From contig CAVSQW010000006.1 in assembly GCA_963730185.1 (NCBI GenBank), positions 64,001-128,000 of the forward strand: 64,000 bases of DNA, read 5' to 3'. This DNA is from an uncultured Gemmatimonadales bacterium. Lineage in GTDB: Bacteria; Gemmatimonadota; Gemmatimonadetes; Gemmatimonadales; GWC2-71-9. The notes below the pieces were generated by a model. The model made no database searches. It saw only the letters and a program-made list of their open reading frames with translations, and was not told the origin of the DNA. Both the position numbers and the translations under genes were made by a program. Positions 8,750 through 19,246 of this stretch are shown one piece after another; positions within the stretch are counted from its first letter, which is position 1; every line of letters starts with the position of its first letter.

Positions 8750-8959
8750 GCTTCGATCCTCTGGGATGGGGGCTGGTGTCGGTTGGCCGGCGGGACGCTG
8801 CCCTGGGGCCACGACCTTTACGGCGCCGCCTGCCAAAGGTTTCTCGGGGGGAGCGGGCCGGGGTCGACGCTCAAAAGTATACCGCCCCAGGGAGGCGGGC
8901 ACCACGCCGGTTTCCCGGCGAACGGGCAGGATCGGGCCGACACCGAGCTCGAGCGGAGG

Positions 8960-9860
8960 CCAGTCGTGCAGATGGGCCAGGTACGCCTGCTCGGCCTCCC
9001 GTGTGTGGCCGGTACGCCGGAGCCGGAGGGCCGCGAGGAGGCTTCGGTCGCGGGGTGAAAGGCGGGCGGCGTATTGGAAAGCCTGGTCGGCGGAGGAGCG
9101 GACGTCGTAGGCGTCGTTCCACTCGGCGACCAGGCTGATCCGGTGGTAGGCCAGCGCGAAGGCGCTGTCGAGCGCAATGACGGCCTGGTACGCCGCCTGG
9201 GCCCCGCGATACTCGCCGGCCCGAAAGAGCCGCTCGCCCTGGAGGTACTGCTTGAGCGCCGGGAGCGAGCCGATGGTGGCCACCGCCAGCCGTTGGAGCC
9301 GGGTGCCTGAGTCGCCGATGGCGTCGACCAGCACGCCGGCGGCAAGCGAGTCGACCACCTCGAAGAGCTGGTCGGGGTGGCCGCCCGACGTGGCGCGCTC
9401 GGGACTGTCGCCGGACTCCGCCGTCCGGTGCAGGTACGCGGTGACCTGAATCCGCCCACCCACCTCGAGCACGTCACCGGTCAGGAGCGGCCGGCGCCCA
9501 GCTCGCGCGCCACCCGGAGCGTCTCGGTCGGATCGCCCAGGTCGGAATGCCGGCGGTTGACCGCGGCGATCACCGCCCGCGGGTTCACGACGGTCAAGGG
9601 TCCGACGCCATCCAGCTTGGTGCTCATCAGGTCGACCATGTCCTCGCCCAGGTAGGCGCGGCTCGGGGCGCCGCGAACCTGGAACGGCATCACCGCGATG
9701 AGGTCCCGGGCCAGCTCGGGCCCACCGCGCCCACGAACCCGGGTGACGCCAACGTAGCCGGCCGCGATCACGAGCAGACCGACCAGCGCGCCGACGAGGG
9801 CCCGGCGCCGGCTGGAGGGCGCCGGCCGCTCGACCCGTCCGCGAGCTCCCGACACGGCCG
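8960..9860 (-). pseudogene. Fragment of a TM + TolB-like + TPR protein (C-terminal region of a kinase-TPR type gene), frameshifted and truncated
   Basis: IAVMPFQVRG...EDMVDLMSTKLDG, one-base loss near 9485, then SLPALKQYLQGERLFR...LDSAFALAYHR; no kinase domain upstream; breaks off near HLHDWP; boundaries approximate. Confidence 0.6.
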
Positions 9861-10047
9861 CCGGGGACAAGGAGTCACGGGGCCACCTGAGCTGCAGGAG
9901 GAACGCACCGGCAAGATGGTCCCGCGATGCTGGCCAGGCTAGGGACGACGCAACCCCGGGCTCGATCGTGCTATCCTTCGCTTCCCAACCAGGTCCCGAT
10001 CCCCGCCCCCTGCGCGGCACGGCGACCCGGCCTGTTCAGGTACGCTC

Positions 10048-11696
10048 ATGTCCGACCCCGCCGTCCTCGGCCTCCATCACGTCACCGCCATCTGCGGCGA
10101 CCCCCAGCGCAACCTCGACTTCTACGCCGGCGTGCTCGGGCTCCGCTTCGTCAAGCGCACCGTCAACTTCGACGACCCCGAGACCTACCACTTCTACTAC
10201 GGAGACGAGATCGGCCGGCCGGGAAGCGTGATGACGTTCTTCCCCTGGCCCGGGGCCCGGCCGGGCGGGCCGGCACCGGGCGGGTCGCGGTGACCTCCTT
10301 CGCGATCCCGCAGGAGGCGCTCGGATTCTGGCTGGAACGGCTGATCCACCACGGGGTCCGCTACGAGGGGCCCCGCCAGCGTGAGGCGCCGGGCGGGCTG
10401 GCCGAGCCGGTAGTCGCGTTTCGCGACCCGGACGGGCTGATGCTCGAGCTGGTGGCGGCACCCGGGGTCGAGAACCGGCCGGGTTGGGAGGGCGCGCCCG
10501 GCGTCCCCGCCGAGCACACGCTCCGGGGGTTCCACTCGGTGACCCTCTGGGAAAAGGTGGGCGACGACACCGAGCGGATCCTGGTAGACATCCTCGGCTT
10601 TCGTCCCATGGGTGCGATCGACGGGACCCACCGATTCGCCGCGGGCGACGGCGGACCGGGGAACCTCGTGGAGGTCCGGCGGGTGGGCGGGTTTCCGGAT
10701 GGGTTCGACGGGGTGGGCGGCATCCACCACGTCGCCTTCCGGGTGGCCGACGACCTGGCCCAGCTCGACGTCCGCCGCCGGGTCATCGAAGCCGAGCTGC
10801 GGCCGACCCCGGTGATCGACCGGCAGTACTTCCACTCCGTGTACTTCCGCGAGCCCGGCGGCGTGTTGTTCGAGCTGGCCACCGACCGCCCCGGCTTTCT
10901 GATCGACGAGTCGAAGGAGCACCTGGGCGAGGGCTTGAAGCTGCCGCCGCAGTTCGAGTCGCGGCGCGAGCATCTGGCGCAGGTCCTCCCCCCCATTCAT
11001 CTCCCCGGTTCGGCCAGCGATCACGAGGCGTTTACGACCCTGCCCGACCCGGCGGTCGACGCGACCCGCCTCTTCATCCACCGCTACCTCCCGCCCGAGG
11101 CCGGGGCCGAGCCGGCCGGGCTCACCCTCCTCCTGCTCCATGGGACCGGCGCCGACGAGAACGATCTCGTGCCGCTCGGCCGGGCGCTGCTGCCGGGCGC
11201 GGGACTCTTGAGCCCGCGGGGCAAGGTCCTGGAGCACGGGATGTCGCGCTTCTTTCGCCGCCGGGCCGAGGGCGTGTTCGACCTGGACGACCTGGGGGCG
11301 CAGACCGACGAACTGGCCCGGTTCGTCGCGGCGGCCCCGGCGGCCTACCACGCGACGGCGCCGGTGGTGGCGGTGGGATTCTCGAACGGGGCCAACATCG
11401 CGGTGAGCCTCCTGCTCCGGCACTCTGGGCTCCTGAAGGGCGCGGTGCTCCTGAGCCCGATGCTCCCCTACGAGCCGGATCAGGTCGGCGACCTGACCGG
11501 CACCGAGATCTTCATCGGCGCGGGACAGCAGGACCCGACCGCGCCGGCCGAGCAGGTGGAACGGCTGGCGCGGGTGCTTCAAGCGGCCGGCGCGATGGTG
11601 ACGATCGAGTGGTACCAGGGCGGGCACGGCATCACGGAATCGGAGGTCGCGGCGGCGCGGGACTGGCTGAGGGGGGTGGCGCGGCGGCTCGGGTGA
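10048..11696 (+). CDS. Ring-cleaving dioxygenase (VOC/glyoxalase, MhqE/MhqO-like) fused to an alpha/beta-hydrolase (MhqD-like); one frameshift near 10265
   Basis: GLHHVTAI, KRTVNFDDP, TFFPWP, IHHVAFR, IDRQYFHSVYFREPGGVLFELAT, then LLLHGTG, GFSNGAN, GGHGI; ORF 10048..10293 joins the 9927 frame by adding one base. Confidence 0.85.
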
Positions 11697-11732
11697 GCCT
11701 GGGCCGGCTTGAGACGCCCGGCGCCGGGGCGG

Positions 11733-11759
11733 TGTAACGCTCGGCCGCCGCCGAGGACT
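11733..11759 (+). promoter_or_regulatory. Possible ECF-type promoter TGTAAC-N17-GACT
   Basis: AAC-containing -35 with 17-bp spacing, 28 bp upstream of the esterase start. Confidence 0.35.
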
Positions 11760-11787
11760 GTTCTCTCGTCACCGAACGAGAGAGCCT

Positions 11788-13096
11788 GTGTCCCGACCTT
11801 TCGCTGTCACGTTGATGGTCCTCCTCGCCGCCCTCCCGGGCCCGGCCGGCGCCCAGTCGACCGACCCCCGCGTCGCCTGGCTGGCAACCAACGCGACCCC
11901 GATCCACAGCCTCGCCTTCGACGCCGACGACGCCGATCTCGCCTCGATCGGGCGGGCCATCGGCTCGAGCCGGCTCGTGTTCCTGGGGGAGGAAAGCCAC
12001 GGCGACGGCGCCACCTTCCAGGCCAAGGCCCGCCTCATCCGCTACCTGCACCGGCGGCTCGGATTCGACCTTCTGGTGTTCGAGAGCGGGTTCTACGACT
12101 GCCGCCGGACCTGGGTCGACGCCCGGGCCGGCATGGCCCTCGCCGATTCGGCCGACGGCTGCATGTTCCCGCTCTGGGCGAACAGCGAACAGGTCCAGCC
12201 GCTGCTCCAGTATCTGGACCAGCAGAAAGGGGGCCCCCAGCCACTCGAGCTCGCCGGAATGGATTTCCAACTCTCAGGGCGAAAGGCCCGGGAGCTGGCG
12301 GGCGACCTGACCCGGTTCGTCTCCACCCAACCCAACGCCGCCGCGCTCGGTCCGGACCTGAAGCCGGTCACGGACCTGCTCCACGCGCTGTTCACCAACC
12401 CTCGGGCGCTCCGAAGCACGCCCGACAGCGTTCGGGCGGCCTTCCGGGCCAGCGTCGCACGGCTGGCCGCCGGGGCCGCCGCCCCGGCGCCGGCCATGGG
12501 ATCGCTCGGGGAGCCCGCCTTCTGGCACCGGACGCTGACCGGGTTCCAGGCCTGGACCGACTTCGCCTGGGCGATGGATCCACGGGCACCCGACCCGGCC
12601 GTGTTCAACCGGCGCGATTCGGTGATGGCCGCCAATCTCGTCTGGCTGGTCCGCCGGCATCCCGACCGGAAGGTGGTGATCTGGGGCGCGTCGTCGCACT
12701 TCATCCGGAACCGGACCGGCATCGAGGGCGATCCCGCCCCTAACATGGTGCCGGCCGGCCACCTGGTCTCCCTGGCGCTCGGCTCCGAGGTGTACATCCT
12801 CGGCTTCCTGGCCGCCGAGGGCGAGATCGGATTCGCGAACCCGGGAACCAAAACGCCGCATCAGCCGGTGCCTCCGGCCGACTCCACCATGCTCGACGGC
12901 CTCTGGGCCCGCACCGACCAGAAGGTGGGCTTTCTCGACCTCCGCGCCCGCCGGCCGGGCGACGAGTGGCTCCATCGGCCGCTCACCGCCCGCCCACTCG
13001 GCTACGGACCGATGACGGCGGTCTGGCCCGATCACCTGGACGGGTTCCTCTGGATTCGGCGAATGACGCCGAGCACCCCGCGAAACGGGCGGCTAG
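11788..13096 (+). CDS. Erythromycin esterase (Ere/ChaN-like superfamily) family protein, secreted
   Basis: VFLGEESHGDG, GFDLLVFES, RRDSVMAANL, KVVIWGASSH, DGFLWIRRMTP; the domain ends near 13080; as sequenced the frame reads on to 14166 and the TAG at 13094 is one base out of frame. Confidence 0.8.
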
Positions 13097-13662
13097 CGGG
13101 AGGGATCGAGGGTCCGGCGGAGGAGCCGCTTCCCTTCGCGGGCCTCCGCCCGGGTAACCAACTCGAGCGGGCGAAGGACCAGAAGCATCGCGAAGGCCAG
13201 GGTGAACCAGGCGCTCCACTGGAGCCGGGCACCCGAGAGCAGCGTCGCGAGCGGCGGCCAGAGAAAGGTGAGCAAGACCTCGACCGTCACCACCTGGCGG
13301 AGCAGCGCGAGCCGGCCACCCCGGTCGGCCAGGGTCCGCCTGAGACGCCCGAGGCGCGAGACCGGACCGTCGACGGGTGCCGGGCCGAGAGCGCGGGGCT
13401 GGAAGGCCGCCTCGGCGACGAGCGCGCGGGCCGGGAGCCAGCAGGCCGCCAGCGCGGCCAGGTGAAAGCCGACTACGCCGAGCACGAGCGGCTGGTAGTG
13501 GAGGCCGTAGACCGTGAGGCCGAAGAGGAGCCAGAGACCGGGAACGGTCACCAGCGCCAGCACCACCCGGCGGAGCAGCTCGCGGCGGCTCGCCAGCCGA
13601 GGGGCCTCGAGGGCCAGCTCCCGCCAGGGACGGGGCTCGTGGGTTCGGGCGGGCGCGGTCAT
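13093..13662 (-). CDS. Four-TM membrane protein, putative anti-sigma partner (in frame with the ECF sigma as sequenced)
   Basis: MTAPARTHE... with four hydrophobic segments; own GGAGG SD and TGATG junction at 13660-13664. Confidence 0.6.
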   Translation of the reverse strand: MTAPARTHEPRPWRELALEAPRLASRRELLRRVVLALVTVPGLWLLFGLTVYGLHYQPLVLGVVGFHLAALAACWLPARALVAEAAFQPRALGPAPVDGPVSRLGRLRRTLADRGGRLALLRQVVTVEVLLTFLWPPLATLLSGARLQWSAWFTLAFAMLLVLRPLELVTRAEAREGKRLLRRTLDPSR

Positions 13663-14172
13663 CAGGCGACCTCCCCGACCGAGGCCGAGCCAACGGCGGA
13701 CCGTCCGACGGGCCCGGTGGAGGGCCACCCGCACCGCGCCGGCGGACGACCCGGTTTGCCTGGCGATCTCCGCCGGGGTGTGACCGGTCGACGCCAAGGC
13801 CAGCGCCACCCGCTGCGCCGGCGGAAGGCGATCGAGCGCCTGTTCCAAACGGCTCCGGAGCCAGGCGACGTCGTGCTCGCCCGAGCTCGGCATCGGAGCC
13901 GGTTCGTCACCGACGAGCTCCACCTGCAGCGCTCGGCGCCGGGCCAGCCGGAGACAGAACGTGATGGCCCGGTTCTGGGCGATACGGGCGACGTAGGTGC
14001 GCTCGCTGGACTCGCCCCGGAAGGCGGGAAGCGCGCGCCAGAGGGCGACGGCGATCTCCTGCCGGAGGTCCTCCCGATCGGCGGGGTCGTCGACGTACTG
14101 CCGGACTATGGCGTCGAGGTCTCCGGCGTGCCGGGCCAGGAGCCGCTCGAAGCCGTCTCGGGATGATGACAT
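13662..14172 (-). CDS. ECF RNA polymerase sigma factor
   Basis: Region 2 DREDLRQEIAVALWRALPAFRGESSERTYVARIAQN; region 4 AEIARQTGSSAGAVRVALHRAR. Confidence 0.9.
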
Positions 14173-14181
14173 ACGATCCGG

Positions 14182-14207
14182 TACGCGCGGGACCCGGCCG
14201 AGGTTTC
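14182..14207 (-). promoter_or_regulatory. Putative autoregulatory ECF promoter GAAAC-N17-CGTA
   Basis: GGAAAC, 17 bp, CGTA, then 9 bp to the sigma ATG; matches the general ECF AAC/CGT pattern. Confidence 0.6.
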
Positions 14208-14210
14208 CAC

Positions 14211-14239
14211 TTGCCACCGGTCGGGCCGACCCCTACTCT
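14211..14239 (+). promoter_or_regulatory. Sigma70-like promoter TTGCCA-N17-TACTCT, leaderless start at 14247
   Basis: Canonical spacing; ATG 7 bp after the -10, no SD. Confidence 0.6.
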
Positions 14240-14246
14240 CTCCAGC

Positions 14247-14747
14247 ATGAGCGAAGGCGACTGGCCCCCCGAACGCCGCTCGGCCTCGTCCGAAGGCCAG
14301 GTTCCCGACGTGAGCCGCCGGCTCCGCCGGCTGCTGGCGCAGATGCCGACCCCGTTCCCCTGCCGGTACGCCTGTTTCATCCATCCCCGGCGCCGCCAGG
14401 GCGAGCAGGGCTTCGGGGTCATAACCCTGGCCGGCGAGAGCCTGCCCCTCACCGTCACCATGCTGGACGGCCTCCGTCAGGTTCCGACTCTGTTCGAGGG
14501 CCGGGCGCCGGTGGTCGTCGGCCCCGCGCAGACCCGGGACGCAGTGATCCCCTCCGAAGACGGGGAATGGTCGGTGCCGCTCCCGGTGAACCGGTTCGCG
14601 ATGCGTCTCCTTCCCGACGACGATCCCGACGACCCGGACGGGCCCTCCCCCGCGGGCCGCGAAGAGGAGCAGATCGTCACCCCCACGCCCGGAGGCCCCC
14701 AGCTCACTCTGCTCTGCGCCAACCGGCCGGCCGGCTGGCCGGCCTGA
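14247..14747 (+). CDS. Hypothetical protein
   Basis: Plausible composition and a promoter directly upstream; no recognised motif. Confidence 0.55.
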   Translation: MSEGDWPPERRSASSEGQVPDVSRRLRRLLAQMPTPFPCRYACFIHPRRRQGEQGFGVITLAGESLPLTVTMLDGLRQVPTLFEGRAPVVVGPAQTRDAVIPSEDGEWSVPLPVNRFAMRLLPDDDPDDPDGPSPAGREEEQIVTPTPGGPQLTLLCANRPAGWPA

Positions 14748-14800
14748 TTCCTGATCTCCTCGCGGGCCCGGCCCGGCGGCCGGCTGGCTACCTTCCCGGC

Positions 14801-15112
14801 ATGTTTCCCGATCTACCCTACGAGGCGGCGTTCCTCGGGGCGGTCTCGCGGAAGATGGTGCGCGACCGGCCGGCAACCCGCGGTACGGCGGCCGAGCCCC
14901 AGGGCTGGATGGTATCCTCGCCCCCGGATGCTTTCACCGGGGTCGTGCTGAACGAGCCCGCCTGGGACATCGTGCAGCGCGAGTTCGGGCCCCTCCCGAT
15001 CGCGAGCCGGATTCCCTACCGAACCCTCCCGGCCGGGGCGGTGCTGGTCCTGACCGCCGACACCGCCTCGCCGCTTGGCGCCGACGCGGCGGCCGGGCTC
15101 CTGGCCGGCTAG
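14801..15112 (+). CDS. Hypothetical protein
   Basis: MFPDLPYEAAFLG...; TACCTT 6 bp upstream of ATG; fills the gap between genes. Confidence 0.5.
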   Translation: MFPDLPYEAAFLGAVSRKMVRDRPATRGTAAEPQGWMVSSPPDAFTGVVLNEPAWDIVQREFGPLPIASRIPYRTLPAGAVLVLTADTASPLGADAAAGLLAG

Positions 15113-15206
15113 CTCGGGCAGACCGGGCGGACCGCCGGACCGAAACCCCGCCCGGCGGGCGGTCGTACAGGAAGCGCCGCCCTCCGCACCCATCGAACGG
15201 ACGTCG

Positions 15207-16466
15207 ATGATCAACCGGGTCGCGCTCACGGCCAACGTCAAGATCGGGGTCGACGCGCTTCGCATTCATCCCCTGCGAACCGTGCTCTCCGTGGTGGGCA
15301 TCATCATCGGCTCGGCCTCGCTGGTCGCGACCATGGCGGTGAGCGACGGGATGATGGCCTTCGCCCGCGGGCAGATCCTCCAGCAGACCGGGGTGCAGGT
15401 GGTGGCCATCTCGTCGCGGACCAGCGAGTACCGGCAGGGCCGCTGGGTTCCGATCACCGACTATCCGGTCTTCACCATGGCCGACGCCGACAACGCCCGG
15501 CGGAGCATCCCGGGCAGCGACGCGGTGGCGATGACGGTGAGCGGCCGGGCCACGGCCCGCTACCACGGCGCCAAGCTCGACGCCGCCGTGACCCTCGGCA
15601 CGGCCGACCTGCCGGCGTTCGTGGTGATGGAGATGGGCGCCGGCCGGTTCTTCAGCCGGATCGAAGCGTCGCGCAACGCCCCCGTGGTCGTCCTGAACTA
15701 CGCCCTGGCCCGGGAGCTCTCACCCTCGCACGATCCGCTCGGCATGCTGGGCGAATCGATCACCCTCGGGCGGCGGATCTTCCGGATCGTCGGGGTGCTC
15801 GCACGCGACAAGTACGAGGAGCGGGACGATCCCTCCTTCGTGGCCTACGCCCCGATCCGATCGGCCTACGGCGTCATCGGCGCCTCGACCGGAGGCCGAC
15901 TGACCCCCACCATCCAGCTTCGCGCCCCGACGGTCGAGGCGGTCATGGCCCTGCGCGACGCCACGATCGACTGGCTGGCCCGCCGCTATCTCCGCTGGCA
16001 GGACCGGGTCAGGGTGACCGTGGGCCTGGAACGGCTGGCCCAGATGGAGCAGGGCATTCTCCTGGCCAAGCTCTTCATCGGCTCGCTGGTGGGGATCTCG
16101 CTGCTGGTGGGCGGGATCGGGATCATGAACGTGCTGCTCTCGTCGGTCACCGAGCGGACCCGCGAGATCGGGATCCGGAAGGCCGTCGGCGCCAAGCGGG
16201 CCGACATCCGGGCTCAGTTCCTGGCGGAGTCGGTGGCGATCGCCATGGCCGGGACGGGGATCGGACTGGCGTTCGGCCTGCTCCTGGCCATCGGCTTGAC
16301 CGCGATCTTCCGACGGATGGTCGGCGTCGACGTGCACGCGGTCCTCTCGGCCTCGACGATCGCGCTGGCGGTGATCTCGTCCTCGCTGGTCGGGCTCGTG
16401 TTCGGAACCTATCCCGCGCGGCGGGCGGCCAATCTCCCGCCGATCGAGGCCATCGCCCACGAGTGA
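15207..16466 (+). CDS. MacB/FtsX-type ABC transporter permease
   Basis: [61 protein letters not shown]. Confidence 0.92.
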   Translation: MINRVALTANVKIGVDALRIHPLRTVLSVVGIIIGSASLVATMAVSDGMMAFARGQILQQTGVQVVAISSRTSEYRQGRWVPITDYPVFTMADADNARRSIPGSDAVAMTVSGRATARYHGAKLDAAVTLGTADLPAFVVMEMGAGRFFSRIEASRNAPVVVLNYALARELSPSHDPLGMLGESITLGRRIFRIVGVLARDKYEERDDPSFVAYAPIRSAYGVIGASTGGRLTPTIQLRAPTVEAVMALRDATIDWLARRYLRWQDRVRVTVGLERLAQMEQGILLAKLFIGSLVGISLLVGGIGIMNVLLSSVTERTREIGIRKAVGAKRADIRAQFLAESVAIAMAGTGIGLAFGLLLAIGLTAIFRRMVGVDVHAVLSASTIALAVISSSLVGLVFGTYPARRAANLPPIEAIAHE

Positions 16467-16490
16467 CCGGCCCGACCCGGCCGCCGACCC

Positions 16491-16787
16491 TCATCCCCCC
16501 GACGTCGCCCCCACGACCAGGAAGGGCTCCTCCCCGCGCGCCACGGGGTCCGGCAGCGGCGCATCGGGGTCGTCGTGGGAGCGATCCTCCTCGCAGGCGA
16601 AGAAGCGGAGATAGGCCCGGCGGCGGCCGGTGGCGTGGTCGCGCACCGTGCCCTTCAGCACCGGGTAGCGGGCTTCGAGCGCGTCGAGCAGGGCGCGTTG
16701 GGTCACCGGCGGCGACACCTCCAGCGTCACTTCGCCGCGGATCCCGGCGAAGGCCCGGAGCGGGGCCGGAAGCTCGATCCGGATCAC
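16491..16787 (-). CDS. MoaD/ThiS ubiquitin-like protein
   Basis: [10 protein letters not shown]...[10 protein letters not shown]...LRFF...VVGATSGG ending in GG; GTG start overlaps the upstream TGA. Confidence 0.88.
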   Translation of the reverse strand: MIRIELPAPLRAFAGIRGEVTLEVSPPVTQRALLDALEARYPVLKGTVRDHATGRRRAYLRFFACEEDRSHDDPDAPLPDPVARGEEPFLVVGATSGG

Positions 16788-17905
16788 GGCAGGGTCTGCA
16801 CCTCGACCGACAGCACCGGCGGCAGGTCGCGGACGATGGCCTTCCACGAGTCGCCGCCGTCGGCGGAGACGTAGACCTGCCCGCCGCGTGGTGCCGAAGT
16901 ACACGCCGCACTCGTCGAGGGTGTCGACCGCCATCGCGTCCCGAAGCACGTTGACGTAGCAGTTCTGCTGGGGAAGGCCCTTGGTCAGCGGCTCCCACTC
17001 GTCGCCGCCGTTCCGGCTCCGATAGACCCGAGCTTGCCGTTCGGGGAGGAAGTGCTCGGCGTCGCTCTTGATCGGCACCACGTAGACCGTTTCGGGTTCG
17101 TGGGCGTGCACGTCGATCGCGAAGCCGAAGTCGGTCGGCAGGTTGCCGCTGATCTCGCGCCAGTTCTCGCCGGCGTCGTCGGTCCGCATCACGTCCCAGT
17201 GCTTCTGCATGAAGAGCAGGCCGGGCCGCGACGGATGCATCGCGATGCCGGTGCACGCAGTGGCCGACCTCGGCGTCGGGGTTCGGGATGTACTCGGAGC
17301 GGCAGCCCGTTGTTGATCGGCTTCCAGGACTCGGCCGCCGTCGTCGGTCCGGAACGCGCCGGCGGCCGAGATCGCGACGAAGATCCGGTCGGCGTTGGCG
17401 GGATCCAGCAGGATGGTGTGGAGGCACATGCCGCCGGCGCCGGGCGGCCAGTGCGGGCCCGGTCCCGTGCTCGCGGAGCCCGGGCAGCTCGTGCCAGCTC
17501 TTCCCGCCGTCGGTGGTCCGGAAGAGAGCCGCGTCCTCGACGCCGGCGTAGACCGTGTCGGGATCGTGGCGGGACGGCTCCAGGTGCCAGACCCGCTTGA
17601 ACTCCCAAGGGTGGGGCGTGCCGTCGTACCACTGGTGGGTGCCGGGCGTCGCCTCGTAGGCGAACTCGTTGCCCACCGGCTCCCAGCTTCCGGCCGCCGT
17701 CGTCGGAGCGCTGCATGATCTGGCCGAACCAGCCGCTGGACTGCGAGGCGTAGATGCGGTCGGGATCGGCGGGCGATCCCTTGAGGTGGTAGATCTCCCA
17801 GCCCGCCGAAGTGCGGTCCCTTGACCTTCCACCGGTCCCGCGTTCGTCGGAGGTCAGGATGAAGGCGCCCTTGCGAGTGCCGACCAACACGCGAACTCCA
17901 GTCAT
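16784..17905 (-). CDS. BNR/Asp-box (sialidase-like) beta-propeller protein, multiple frameshifts as sequenced
   Basis: [10 protein letters not shown], SxDGGxxW Asp boxes, [43 protein letters not shown] spread over all three minus frames. Confidence 0.85.
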
Positions 17906-17988
17906 GATTCCTCCGGCCCAGGCTCCGATGGCTGTCAATAATCCAATGACTGCCCAAAACGGTAGCGCGTCGAGGGCGCGCTGTCGAC

Positions 17989-18994
17989 CTACGGTCGGAC
18001 GCGAGTCAGGCTCCCGACGCCGTCGACCTGCATCGAGCGGACATCGGCAGGGCCCAACTCGAAGGTGACGAACGGATAGAGGCCGGCCATCCCCTCCCAG
18101 AGCGGAGCCCGCCACCGGGCCACTCGGAACACGTCACCATGCCAGTGGCGCAGCTCACCGACCCAGGCCGAGCTGACGTGCCAGACCAGGTGGCCGGCCT
18201 CGACCTCCACCCGGGTCGAGGCTTGCCGCGGTCTTCGCCAGCCGGGCCAGGAGCGCGGCGCTCCGATCCGGCACCGGCCCGGCGCCAACCAAGCGATCGA
18301 GAATCGTCCGGAGCACCGCGACCGGATACTGGGACAGTGGCGATTGCAGAACAGCGGTCGAAGGATCCGGTCTTCAGCAGCTACTTCCGGGACCGGGCCG
18401 TCAGCTCGGCCGCGAAACCTGCGACGGTGTAGGTGATGTTGTGGTAGATCCAGCGGGAGCAGAGTGAGGCCGCTGAGGGGCTCGTACGAAGGCGTCGGAC
18501 CAGCTCGTCGGCGGCTCGCCGAGCTGCCCCAGTATTCCAACAGCTGGTAGGTCCCGGCGACGCCGGTCGATGACTCAGCAGGTCGCGGATCGTCGTCTCG
18601 CGCGTGGCGTAGGCGTGTACAACTGGAAGGCGGGCACGCGGTCGACCACCCGGTCATCCCAGTCCAGCGCGCCTCGTCCACGAGCGTCCCGATCACGGCG
18701 GCGGTGAAGGCCTTGGTGGTGGATCCGTTGCCGAACAGCGTGCGGGTGTCCACGGCTCCGGACGGCCGACGCTACGAATGCCGAACCGTCGCGCAAGGAG
18801 CATCCGAATAGTGGCGAACAACGACGATGGCGAGCCCGGAACCCCCAGTGCTCATGGTCCGGTGGACAGCGGTGGACGTCTCTCAGGCGAGGTTCGGGTA
18901 CGACCGGCGCCCCTTGCGAGTCGGCGGTGCCGGTCCCGAAAAGCAACACCGCCCAAGCGAAGAGCGCGGAAGGGCCCCAACGACCGGTCATCAT
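17989..18994 (-). pseudogene. Degraded or mis-assembled serine hydrolase (beta-lactamase-like, DUF3471-type C-terminus)
   Basis: LFGNGSTTKAFTAA (SxxK), [20 protein letters not shown] fragments in different frames; shorter than a complete gene of this type. Confidence 0.6.
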
Positions 18995-19246
18995 GATCCG
19001 CTCGGCTCCGAACTGTCGTGCGCGGGTTGCGAGCCGACAAGCTTACTATCGGGTGATCTCAGGTTGTCGACGTTACGGATCGGCGAGGGCGGGGGACATC
19101 ATCACTGAGAGCGTTGGGCGGGAACGGCTCAGGATCAAGGTCGGGTTGGGAGGCCGCGAGGTGGGCGTCGACCTGCCGGCCCGGTCCTCGCGCAGCAGGT
19201 GGAAAGAGTCGTAAAGTCTGATACTCACCATGCACAACTGGATCGC

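Noticed and set aside
6749..9472. 907-aa TPR-LVIVD fusion protein
   Set aside because: The LVIVD part has its own promoter-like hexamer, SD and lipoprotein signal at 8749; the intervening translation is low-complexity
11788..14166. 792-aa esterase with a long C-terminal extension overlapping two antisense genes
   Set aside because: The extension is the antisense shadow of the sigma and membrane genes; a TAG at 13094 sharing CTAG with the opposite stop is one base out of frame, so a missed stop is more likely
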